A stretch of DNA of 38,337 nucleotides from an uncultured Methanomicrobia archaeon (lineage in GTDB: Archaea; Halobacteriota; Bog-38; Methanoflorentales; Methanoflorentaceae), in the NCBI GenBank assembly GCA_964534635.1, contig CAZHSW010000099.1, positions 1 through 38,337 of the forward strand, in the 5' to 3' direction. Positions within the stretch are counted from its first letter, which is position 1, and every line of letters starts with the position of its first letter. The translations under genes and the position numbers were made by a program. The notes under the pieces were generated by a model. The model searched no databases. It saw nothing but the letters and a program-made list of their open reading frames with translations, and had not been told where the DNA came from. Below are positions 1-7,727 of this stretch, piece by piece.

Positions 1-588
1 GTGAACTGGATCGATCGAGAACGTGCGGCTTAATCCCACCTTGATCAGCCTTTCGGTCCACAAATCTTTTCGCTCTTTAGCCATCAGCTTCAGAATTAGG
101 TCGATCATATCTTCGATAAAGTTCCATGGATACACGACCCAAGTCCAGTCTTCGAGAAACTCTGCATAGTAGTCTGGTGTAATTTCGGACGTAAAAAGGA
201 GCTGCAGGACGCTAGTTTTGCAGTCAGCTGGTTTAAGGTCTCTGATATAAAAAGAAGCGTGTTGGAGGCTTTTTCCTGTGTCGGCGATGTCGTCTACAAT
301 AAGCGCTTGCTTGCCCTTGATCATTTCTGTTGCGAGTGGGTATCGTACGATACACTCGTCTCCCAGCTGGGCTGTCCCGACATAGTGTTCAACTTTTAGG
401 CTGACTAAGTCAGAAATTCCGAGAAAATCGCAGATCATCCGGCCGGCAAACCAGCCGCCACGCGCTAACGCAACGATGACATCTGGTTCGTATCCTGATG
501 CCACGACGTTGAGCGAAAGATCGCGGCACAGATTGTAAATATAGTTCCAATTTGTGACTGTGCATTTGATCTTTTCCGGAATAGCCAT
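1..588 (-). CDS. Purine phosphoribosyltransferase (type I PRTase, COG2236-like); 3' end runs off the window
   Basis: Absent from the ORF track because no stop lies in the window. My translation from the ATG (rc of 586-588) reads MAIPEKIKCTVTNWNYIYNLCRDL..PDVIVALARGGWFAGRMICDFLG..KQALIVDDIADTGKSLQ..WVVYPWNF. It contains the RGG loop and the PRPP-binding VDDxxDTG motif and stays open in frame to base 1. Confidence 0.75.
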   Translation of the reverse strand, partial: MAIPEKIKCTVTNWNYIYNLCRDLSLNVVASGYEPDVIVALARGGWFAGRMICDFLGISDLVSLKVEHYVGTAQLGDECIVRYPLATEMIKGKQALIVDDIADTGKSLQHASFYIRDLKPADCKTSVLQLLFTSEITPDYYAEFLEDWTWVVYPWNFIEDMIDLILKLMAKERKDLWTERLIKVGLSRTFSIDPVH

Positions 589-702
589 GGATGACCCGTC
601 CAGGAATCATAATATTTATTTCTACCTATTCTATGTTGTAATCAGATTAAAAAAGGATGTTATAAAGCAAAATGCTGGTAACGTCAGATATCAGGAGTTT
701 TT

Positions 703-1155
703 ATGCGACTTGAAGAAGAAGACCTTAACGCGATCGCTGAAGTAGTTGCCAGTCGATATTTCAAAAAGGGCGGCTTCAAGTACATCAGTCTGAGCGATCC
801 GCGGAGGATATTGAGAGCGTACCACGACGTTGACGAGCAGTATAGGGCGTATCCGCAAATGAGTCGAGATTGGTACGTTGCAAACTCGATTGAAAAAGAC
901 GCGTATATCGCTCGAACGTGGAAGGAACTAAAGAAACTAGTTGAGTTTTTAGATGGCTTAAGCAACAAAAAACTCTACAACTTTGTGATTCGGGCAAACG
1001 ACAAGCTAGCTTTAGCCAAAGTAGAAACAGGGCGATCAGAAGTCTCGAAAGAGGCAATCGCGATCGCGCGGAAAAGCGGCTATAAGCTTTACCTCTTTAC
1101 CGTTAAGGTTCCTGGTAATCTTGAATATGATGTAGATATCGTCGACAGCACCTGA
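703..1155 (+). CDS. Hypothetical protein (150 aa), no family recognised
   Basis: ATG at 703 is preceded by AGGAG at 692-696. The ORF is clean and its stop abuts the stop of the convergent gene. The C-terminal segment (..NDKLALAKVETGRSEVSKEAIAIARKSGYKLYLF..) weakly resembles a nuclease-like D..E-x-K pattern, but this is not convincing. Confidence 0.5.
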   Translation: MRLEEEDLNAIAEVVASRYFKKGGFKYISLSDPRRILRAYHDVDEQYRAYPQMSRDWYVANSIEKDAYIARTWKELKKLVEFLDGLSNKKLYNFVIRANDKLALAKVETGRSEVSKEAIAIARKSGYKLYLFTVKVPGNLEYDVDIVDST

Positions 1156-1908
1156 TCACCTTAGCGAAAGAGCCTGAAGCCGCGTTTGTATGGCTGCGTA
1201 CGAGGCTTTTAAATTCTCAGAGTTGTCAAAAGTGGCTTTGAGCGTGTATAAGCGATATTGGCCATTTTCGGCTTGAAAGCGCTTTGCAAAACCAACCAAG
1301 TTTTTCATCGCGCGAGTGAATTCGTCAACGATCGTGACGGTGCTTGTCAATGCCGTTCGAGAAATCGGGTTAAGATCGACGGTCAGGACGACTTTTCCGA
1401 GTCTCGTCAAAGCTTGAGCCCGATCACCGTCTTCCAAGGGGACGAACACGACGTCTGCTGCAAATATTCCACGCTTGTCCACCTTTGCCCGCTCACTCGC
1501 TACGTCAACCAGTTCGACGCTGTCAAGTCCTGTCATAACATCCGTAACACCGCAAGCGCGCAAGTAATCTGCAATCTTTGTAATGCGTTCGACTGACCGA
1601 TGAAAAAGGTTGACTTCAACGGGAATGCCCGTGATCGTGCAAAATTCGGCTATTTCTTCCGGTGCGAGGGCTACTGTGTTCCCGTTTACGGATATAACTG
1701 GGTGCCCTGCCGTCAGCAAATAGGCGCAAGCTACCTGGGTTGCTTCCAGCGCATTTTCAGTGGTTTTTTCTCCTAACAAATAATCGAACGCTTCGCCTCT
1801 CCCGTGCGCAATGAGGCCGTGAGCGCTCGTGATGCCCTTTTCGTAACCGCCAACGAGCTTATTACGCAACGCGAGCGACCTATAACGAGGATGTCTTTCG
1901 GAAACCAT
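1156..1908 (-). CDS. Archaeal phosphopantothenate synthetase (4-phosphopantoate--beta-alanine ligase, COG1701)
   Basis: HPRYRSLALRNKL..GLIAHGRGEAFDYLLGEKT..HPVISVNGNTVALAPEE..VPLEDGDRAQAL..VDLNPISRTA closely matches the conserved blocks I recall from the characterised Thermococcus/Methanosarcina enzymes. Confidence 0.9.
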   Translation of the reverse strand: MVSERHPRYRSLALRNKLVGGYEKGITSAHGLIAHGRGEAFDYLLGEKTTENALEATQVACAYLLTAGHPVISVNGNTVALAPEEIAEFCTITGIPVEVNLFHRSVERITKIADYLRACGVTDVMTGLDSVELVDVASERAKVDKRGIFAADVVFVPLEDGDRAQALTRLGKVVLTVDLNPISRTALTSTVTIVDEFTRAMKNLVGFAKRFQAENGQYRLYTLKATFDNSENLKASYAAIQTRLQALSLR

Positions 1909-1963
1909 AGTTACCGCAGGGCGGGGTTTTTCCGCGCGGCATGTGGGCCTTCATAGCCTTTTG

Positions 1964-1970
1964 TATATAA
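1964..1970. promoter_or_regulatory. TATA-box-like element (TATATAA) in the divergent spacer between the phosphopantothenate synthetase gene and nreA
   Basis: TTGTATATAA lies at 1961-1970. The element is near-symmetric. It sits about 56 nt from the minus-strand ATG (1908) and 16-25 nt from the GTG codons at 1986 and 1995, which implies a leaderless or near-leaderless nreA mRNA. Confidence 0.4.
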
Positions 1971-1985
1971 ACCTTCACGAACAAT

Positions 1986-3131
1986 GTGTTAACCGTGAGG
2001 GCCACTTCTGGAAGGCTTAGCCGGAAAGAGCTTTTACTGAGTTCTTACAAGCTCGGGGCCTTAGGCAAGGATTTGTTTGGCGCGACGCCGCCTTCGGCAT
2101 TTGTTGGAAGATTTGGATATCCGGAGGTTCTGGCGGGACCGCTAGTCACGCCCGTAAGCGCGGAGGCGTCACTCAGTGAAACGCCTGAGGATTGGCTTCA
2201 TTTGGCGCGGGAAGAGATAATTGGGTTTCGGTCAAACCTTGTCAGGTCAAATTTCAGAGTGAACGTAAGAGATGCCAAAGATCCGAGTCGGCTACTCAGA
2301 GAGACACAGGAATTAGCGATGGCTGTGCTGCCTGTCGACATCGAGGTGAAATTCTTGAGGCCGCCGACACGCACACTTCGCTTTGACAGCGTCCTGACGC
2401 CTATGGGGCCTTCAGGCACGATTACGAACATCGAGATAGCAGAGAACACGCGAGTCCCCAAAAAAGTAGATGCACTTGTCGATGACCGTGACATCAAGGC
2501 TGCAGAGGCCGTATTCAACTTGTACGAGGCTTCGATATCTCCGTACCAAATAAGTCGGCTTCTCTCAGTCGGCACGTTAGGTAAGAAACGCTTGGTCGTG
2601 CCCACACGCTGGTCGATTACTGCGACGGATTCGATCGTAGGCACCAACCTTCTGAAACGGGTGCGGAATTATCCCGAGAACACAGATATTGAGCTCTTTG
2701 TTTCCGAAGCGTTCGGCAACCACTTCGAAATATTGCTTGTCCCGCGAACCTACGCGTTTGGATGGACCGAGATCTGGTTGTCTGTAGACAAGGCGCCAGA
2801 AATTGGTGACTTGTACGAAGACGCGATGAACAGTCCTGCATACATGGACGGCGGTTATTATGCAGCCCGATTCTCGGCGCTGGAACACTTGGAGCGCATC
2901 GGCAGGCAGGCGTCGATTTACGTAATGCGCGAAGTAAAACCGACATATGATATCCCCCTCGGTAGCTGGGTGATTAGAGAACTGGTTAAGGAGGCATTCA
3001 GCCGACCTCCGCTAATATTTGCGAGCGTTACTGACGCCCTTAAGAATGTTCGAACGCGTATTCGACTGCCAGCTAACACGCTGTTTCTGCAGAAGCAACT
3101 TTCGCAGACTACGCTTAAACAGTTTAACTAA
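1986..3131 (+). CDS. nreA: Nre-family (NreA-like, COG1602) DNA repair protein
   Basis: GATPPSAFVGRFGYPEVLAGPLV and the ~380 aa size fit my recollection of the archaeal Nre family. The start is GTG (1986, or 1995 given the TATA distance). The N-terminal Cys-rich zinc-ribbon positions appear substituted. Confidence 0.6.
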   Translation: MLTVRATSGRLSRKELLLSSYKLGALGKDLFGATPPSAFVGRFGYPEVLAGPLVTPVSAEASLSETPEDWLHLAREEIIGFRSNLVRSNFRVNVRDAKDPSRLLRETQELAMAVLPVDIEVKFLRPPTRTLRFDSVLTPMGPSGTITNIEIAENTRVPKKVDALVDDRDIKAAEAVFNLYEASISPYQISRLLSVGTLGKKRLVVPTRWSITATDSIVGTNLLKRVRNYPENTDIELFVSEAFGNHFEILLVPRTYAFGWTEIWLSVDKAPEIGDLYEDAMNSPAYMDGGYYAARFSALEHLERIGRQASIYVMREVKPTYDIPLGSWVIRELVKEAFSRPPLIFASVTDALKNVRTRIRLPANTLFLQKQLSQTTLKQFN

Positions 3132-3249
3132 GCGCGTCTTACTGAGCGAACTCGACGATCCCAAAACTTATTAGGTGTGGGGGTGATTTGTTACTTTAAG
3201 ATCGGCTCGGATCGGTCCAGGCGAAGCAAAAATGGAATGAGGAGTAAAA

Positions 3250-4350
3250 ATGGCCGTAAAAGTAGCGATAAATGGTTATGGAAATATTGGCAAACGCGTA
3301 GCGGACGCAGTAGCTAAGCAAAACGATATGGAGTTAGTGGGAGTGGCAAAAACGCGGCCAAATTTTGAGGCGTTTGTAGCGCGCGAGAAAGGTTACCCCC
3401 TTTACGCATCTGATGAGGCTAAGATAGCAGCTTTTGAGGCTGTAGGCTTGGAAGTTGCTGGCTCAACTAAGGATATGCTCCACGAAGCTGATGTGGTTGT
3501 GGATGCAACGCCTGAAGGAATGGGTGCGCAGAATCTGCAATCAATTTACAAGCCGCTTGGGATCAAGGCGATATTCGAGGGTGGAGAGAAGCACGATGCT
3601 ATTGGAGCCTCATTCAACGCGTACTGCAATTATAAAGACGCTCTTGGAAAGGATTACGTTCGCGTCGTCTCGTGCAACACAACAGGGCTGTGTCGCTCGT
3701 TATCAGCCATAGACAACCTAGCAGGAATTAAAAAAGTGAGAGCAGTTCTCGTGCGACGGGGAGCCGATCCGGTTCAAGTCAAGAAAGGGCCAATCAACGC
3801 AATTATTCCTAATCCGCCAACCGTTCCGTCCCATCACGGTCCAGATGTTAATACGGTGATGCCGCAGTGGAACATAGCGACGATTGCCGTCCTTGTTCCA
3901 ACGACTCTTATGCACCAGCACAACATAATGGTCGAAGTCGAAAGCGGCGTCTCTCGTGAGGAAGTCCTAACGGAGTTTTACAGCCATATGCGACTAATGC
4001 TGGTGCGAGCCGGAGATGGTCTAGGTTCCACAGCAGAGATTATCGAGTTAAGCAGAGATCTTGGTCGCCCGCGCTACGACCTCTGGGAGATCCCGATTTG
4101 GGAAGAAAGCGTCAACGTAGTCGACCAAGAGGTATTCTACATGCAAGGCGTCCATCAAGAAGCTGACATAATCTTGGACAATATCGACTGTATCAGAGCG
4201 GTCACCGAAACAGAAAAGGACCCTCAAACATCTATCCGGAAAACAGATAAAGCGATGGGAGTTATGGGCTCATTTAGACCGCCTCAGTGCCTCGAGGATA
4301 AGCCCGAGGAAGTCCGCGATATTCACAGCAAATTGTGGGGAATCGAGTAG
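3250..4350 (+). CDS. gap: Glyceraldehyde-3-phosphate dehydrogenase, archaeal type (phosphorylating)
   Basis: [21 protein letters not shown] (Rossmann N-terminus), the active-site block [11 protein letters not shown], and GGAG 8 nt upstream of the ATG. It carries about 25 extra C-terminal residues relative to the usual ~340 aa. Confidence 0.92.
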   Translation: MAVKVAINGYGNIGKRVADAVAKQNDMELVGVAKTRPNFEAFVAREKGYPLYASDEAKIAAFEAVGLEVAGSTKDMLHEADVVVDATPEGMGAQNLQSIYKPLGIKAIFEGGEKHDAIGASFNAYCNYKDALGKDYVRVVSCNTTGLCRSLSAIDNLAGIKKVRAVLVRRGADPVQVKKGPINAIIPNPPTVPSHHGPDVNTVMPQWNIATIAVLVPTTLMHQHNIMVEVESGVSREEVLTEFYSHMRLMLVRAGDGLGSTAEIIELSRDLGRPRYDLWEIPIWEESVNVVDQEVFYMQGVHQEADIILDNIDCIRAVTETEKDPQTSIRKTDKAMGVMGSFRPPQCLEDKPEEVRDIHSKLWGIE

Positions 4351-4813
4351 ATTGCAGACCATAAGTGAAATGTTGGCTCGATTCGGCTAAAGTTCTAAGA
4401 CGGAAGTGCGTTACTTCAGATCTGCAAATTTGGAAGGACATCGCGTCGGGTCGCTTGGGGGATTTTTACATAATTGCTCTAAGACTCATTAGGCTCTGCA
4501 AAGAAATGCTGCCTGACACGCTCGGAGCAGTCTCGTGTCTAGATTTCGATGCAACAGGCCTACGGGGTTGTTTGGGAAGAGTCACGCGAGTCGCTAACAT
4601 TACTTTCGCAGATTCGTCAATCGACAACCAGTATGTCGTAAAGTTTGGACATTCGGACATTCGCCTTGGTGACCCATTTTAAACCAGCACGGGACCTAGT
4701 CAGAATTTAATAGCTACCGAGACACAGTTCAGTGTGAGAGCACGAAGCTGAAAATGCTTCAGTGCCAGCTAGCTCGAGGATGCTTGTGGGGTCGAGTGTT
4801 GAGACACGAACGC

Positions 4814-5605
4814 ATGAAATATACGCAGCTAGATATTGCACCCACAGTCGGTGCGCTGCTTGGAATTGATATTCCGGATAAAGACGGTGACGTAATCAAG
4901 GAGATTACCGATTTCTGTGCTGACAAGTATATTGACCAAATACTGCTAATGGTCATCGATGGACTAGGAGCTGCGCTCTGGAAAAAACTAAACGGCGCTC
5001 TCGCACGTCTAAAAGCTCTTTCTGACCACGGGTTGTTTTTTGAGATCAGTTCGCTGCCACCTAGAATAACGACGCCAAATATTGGGACTATCTTAACCGG
5101 ATATACTCCTGAACATCACCTCCTGTACAAGGTGGCAGACACTTTTTATACGCCTGTGAAGTCGATACTCGAGCTAGCTAGCGAAAAAGGTGTGAAGTCT
5201 GGGATAGTAATCGAGCTCCTTGGCGCAAAATCAATGTCAAACAGGGTTGATCTGGCGATTGGTGTCGAGAACATCCACGGAATCATTGATTACGACCAAA
5301 GAATTACCCGGTTGGCCTTAAAGGCGTTTGATCTGGAGGAAATAAAACTAATGATGGTTCATTTGAGGGCGCTGGATAACTGCGTCCATCATTATGCGAA
5401 GGCTTGGGACGATCTCGTTTTTTCAGCGCAGACCATTGATGAAAACTGCCAAAAATTTTGTTCTGGCTTGCGTAAACCGACGCTGATCTTAGTGACTTCT
5501 GATCATCCTGTGCACGTTGACAAGTGGGCGTACCTTGAAGACGGCAACCAGGACGTGCCGTTGATGGTCGGCTACGTGAGCCCTGCGCCGGACGACCAGC
5601 CCTGA
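4814..5605 (+). CDS. Alkaline-phosphatase-superfamily metalloenzyme (nucleotide pyrophosphatase/phosphodiesterase-like, COG1524-like)
   Basis: It has the metal/nucleophile motifs of the NPP branch: LLMVIDGLG, PPRITTPNIGTILTGYTPEHH (Thr nucleophile context), HLRALDNCVHHY and LVTSDHPVH. The ORF opens at ATG 4754. I prefer ATG 4814 (MKYTQLDIAPT..), but the start is uncertain. Confidence 0.65.
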   Translation: MKYTQLDIAPTVGALLGIDIPDKDGDVIKEITDFCADKYIDQILLMVIDGLGAALWKKLNGALARLKALSDHGLFFEISSLPPRITTPNIGTILTGYTPEHHLLYKVADTFYTPVKSILELASEKGVKSGIVIELLGAKSMSNRVDLAIGVENIHGIIDYDQRITRLALKAFDLEEIKLMMVHLRALDNCVHHYAKAWDDLVFSAQTIDENCQKFCSGLRKPTLILVTSDHPVHVDKWAYLEDGNQDVPLMVGYVSPAPDDQP

Positions 5606-5673
5606 GTTTGCGTTCTGTGTCCTTTGAGGATACGGTCGTTAAAGCTTTCCCCTCTGCTCGCAACAATAGAACG

Positions 5674-6534
5674 ATGAAAGAAAGGCATGTCTTAGAAGCT
5701 TTAGGAAAGACTTATGTGGTGGTTGAAAACGGCCGCGTAATCGAGGTTGGAGAGCCTTTGATCGAACGATGTCCGATTTTTTTGAAAGCGCGTGGCATTG
5801 AAAAGATTACCAAAGAAATCGTGAAGCAGAACATCGAGTTTCGAATCCAAGATTTTGGTATGTGCACGGGAGATAGGGCCATCGAGATGGAAGTTTTCGT
5901 TGGATTTGGCGCATCTGAAGTTATGATGACGGGGCTGCGCCGCGGGCTGATCGACGCTTCAGTTTCAGTCTGTGAAGGGGCCGGTACAGTTATTACGACC
6001 AGTCCTACGCTGACGCAAGGAATTGGTGCCAGGATTTCTGGTGTACTGGAAACCACCCTCATTCCTAGGTTGAGAGATCGAGTCGAAGAAAAGGGCGGGA
6101 CTCTTCTTGACGGGACGAGAGCGGTTATTAATCAACCTCTCGGTGTCGCCCGAGCTGTGGGGATAGGCTTCAAACGTGTCGCTGTGACCGTGGCAACGTT
6201 GCAGGACGCACTGCAGTGTCGCGAGGTCGAGCGCAACACAGGAGCAGACGTATATGTTATCGGCGTTCACGTTACGGGAATGGAAAAAGAGATCGCGCAG
6301 AACTTTCTCGAGGCAGTCGATATAACGACGGGCTGTGCGTCGCGGGTCATTCGAGAAGCCGTTGAACCGAAAGCGTTGCTGCAGGTTGGCACGAGTGTAC
6401 CGCTTTTTGCTTTATCACAAAAAGGCAAAGAACTGTTGCTCGAAAGAGCAAAGGACGTCACGACCCCGATTTTAGTTAATACAATGAAATTGCCCGTGTT
6501 GCCAGAAGAAAGGCAGCCGAGGCCCTTGACATGA
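5674..6534 (+). CDS. Methanogenesis marker protein 8 (DUF2099 family)
   Basis: HVLEALGKTYVVVENGRVIEVGEPLIERCPIFLKARGIEKITKEIVKQNIEFRIQDFGMCTGDR..VCEGAGTVITT matches my memory of the DUF2099/marker-8 family. The ORF opens at TTG 5608, but homologs start near the MKERHV position (ATG 5674). Confidence 0.6.
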   Translation: MKERHVLEALGKTYVVVENGRVIEVGEPLIERCPIFLKARGIEKITKEIVKQNIEFRIQDFGMCTGDRAIEMEVFVGFGASEVMMTGLRRGLIDASVSVCEGAGTVITTSPTLTQGIGARISGVLETTLIPRLRDRVEEKGGTLLDGTRAVINQPLGVARAVGIGFKRVAVTVATLQDALQCREVERNTGADVYVIGVHVTGMEKEIAQNFLEAVDITTGCASRVIREAVEPKALLQVGTSVPLFALSQKGKELLLERAKDVTTPILVNTMKLPVLPEERQPRPLT

Positions 6535-6543
6535 GGTTTACTC

Positions 6544-7716
6544 GTGAACCACGAATACGGCATTAATACGAAGCTAATACACGCTGGAGAGCTTTCGTCG
6601 CCCGATGCTCTCCCCCTAATACCGCCGATCTACCAAACGTCAACCTTTGTAATGGATGAACTCCTCGCCTCAGGAATTAAACGCGGCAAGTACGTCTATT
6701 CTCGGCTGTCAAATCCGACGCTAACTGCGTTAGAACTCAAAATGGCTACTCTTGAAGGCGGTGACGCGGCGGTTAGCTTTGCCAGCGGGATGGGGGCTAT
6801 TTCCGCCATCGTGCTCGCGTTGCTAAGGTGTGGTGATCATGTTGTTTGTGATCAGGTTCTTTACGGGAGCACGTATCAGCTTCTGAAGAACGGTGCTTCA
6901 CGCCTCGGGTTCGAGGTAAGCTTTGTTGACGCTTCGAAGCCAGATAACGTAGATAAAGCTTTGAGAGACAACACAAAATTTGTTTTTTTTGAGACGCCAG
7001 CCAATCCGACGTTAAAACTCGTTGACATAGCTAAGGTCGCGGCAATCGCAACAGAAAACGACGTTAAGACCGTGGTGGACAACACGTTCTTAACTCCGTA
7101 TTATCAAAAACCTCTCGAACTCGGAGCTGACATCGTCGTACATAGCGCGACGAAATATCTGAACGGACACGGAGACGCTTTGGGTGGGATTCTCGTCTGC
7201 TCTTACGAAGACGCTGTCAACATTAGAAAAGGCGTGTTGCGTCACGTGGGTGCCGCGCTAAGTCCATTCAATGCTTTCCTAATAATGCGAGGTCTGCGCA
7301 CTCTTGGCGTTCGCATGGAGCGACATACCACAAACGCAACCGAGATAGCTTCTTTTTTGAAGGCGCAAAAGTTGGTCAAGCGGGTCTTATACCCGAGCTT
7401 TGACAGACAGATTAAACGCAATCCCGACCTTAAGACGCAAATGTCAGGCTATGGTGGGATGCTAGCTTTTGAGATTCACGGAGGCTTGGAAGCAGCTGTC
7501 GCTTTTTTGAACAATCTCAAGCTCTGTAAGGTGGCGGTGAGTCTCGGCGACACGTCGACGCTCATAGAGCACCCAGGCCTAATGACGCATTCGGCCCTGT
7601 CTAAGGAAGAGAAGGATAAGTTGGGAATCACTGATAATTTAGTTAGGGTCTCGGTTGGGCTTGAAGATGTCGAGGACATTGAGGCAGACATAGAACAAGC
7701 CCTTCACGGAGTATAG
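6544..7716 (+). CDS. Cys/Met-metabolism PLP-dependent enzyme (cystathionine gamma-synthase / methionine gamma-lyase / O-acyl-homoserine sulfhydrylase family)
   Basis: YSRLSNPT, FETPANPTL and the PLP-lysine block HSATKYLNGHGD are family signatures. The start is GTG 6544, with GAGGT at 6534-6538 overlapping the stop codon of the upstream gene. Confidence 0.85.
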   Translation: MNHEYGINTKLIHAGELSSPDALPLIPPIYQTSTFVMDELLASGIKRGKYVYSRLSNPTLTALELKMATLEGGDAAVSFASGMGAISAIVLALLRCGDHVVCDQVLYGSTYQLLKNGASRLGFEVSFVDASKPDNVDKALRDNTKFVFFETPANPTLKLVDIAKVAAIATENDVKTVVDNTFLTPYYQKPLELGADIVVHSATKYLNGHGDALGGILVCSYEDAVNIRKGVLRHVGAALSPFNAFLIMRGLRTLGVRMERHTTNATEIASFLKAQKLVKRVLYPSFDRQIKRNPDLKTQMSGYGGMLAFEIHGGLEAAVAFLNNLKLCKVAVSLGDTSTLIEHPGLMTHSALSKEEKDKLGITDNLVRVSVGLEDVEDIEADIEQALHGV

Positions 7717-7727
7717 CCACGACGATG

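Noticed and set aside
4267-4350. The ~25-aa C-terminal extension of GAPDH (..[27 protein letters not shown]).
   Set aside because: It is probably lineage-specific tail variation. I saw no sign of a frameshift or a fused domain.
4365-4682. A 105-aa plus-strand ORF in the gap-to-AlkP spacer.
   Set aside because: It has no SD or TATA in an appropriate position. Its composition is Cys/Arg/Leu-rich and it resembles no family. I treat it as non-coding.
5608-5673. TTG-initiated N-terminal extension of the marker-8 ORF, and similarly ATG 4754-4813 for the AlkP-family gene and TTG 31151 for chorismate mutase.
   Set aside because: The extensions carry no family-conserved sequence, and homologs as I recall them begin near the internal ATGs. 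This is not certain, so the alternatives are noted in the feature evidence.
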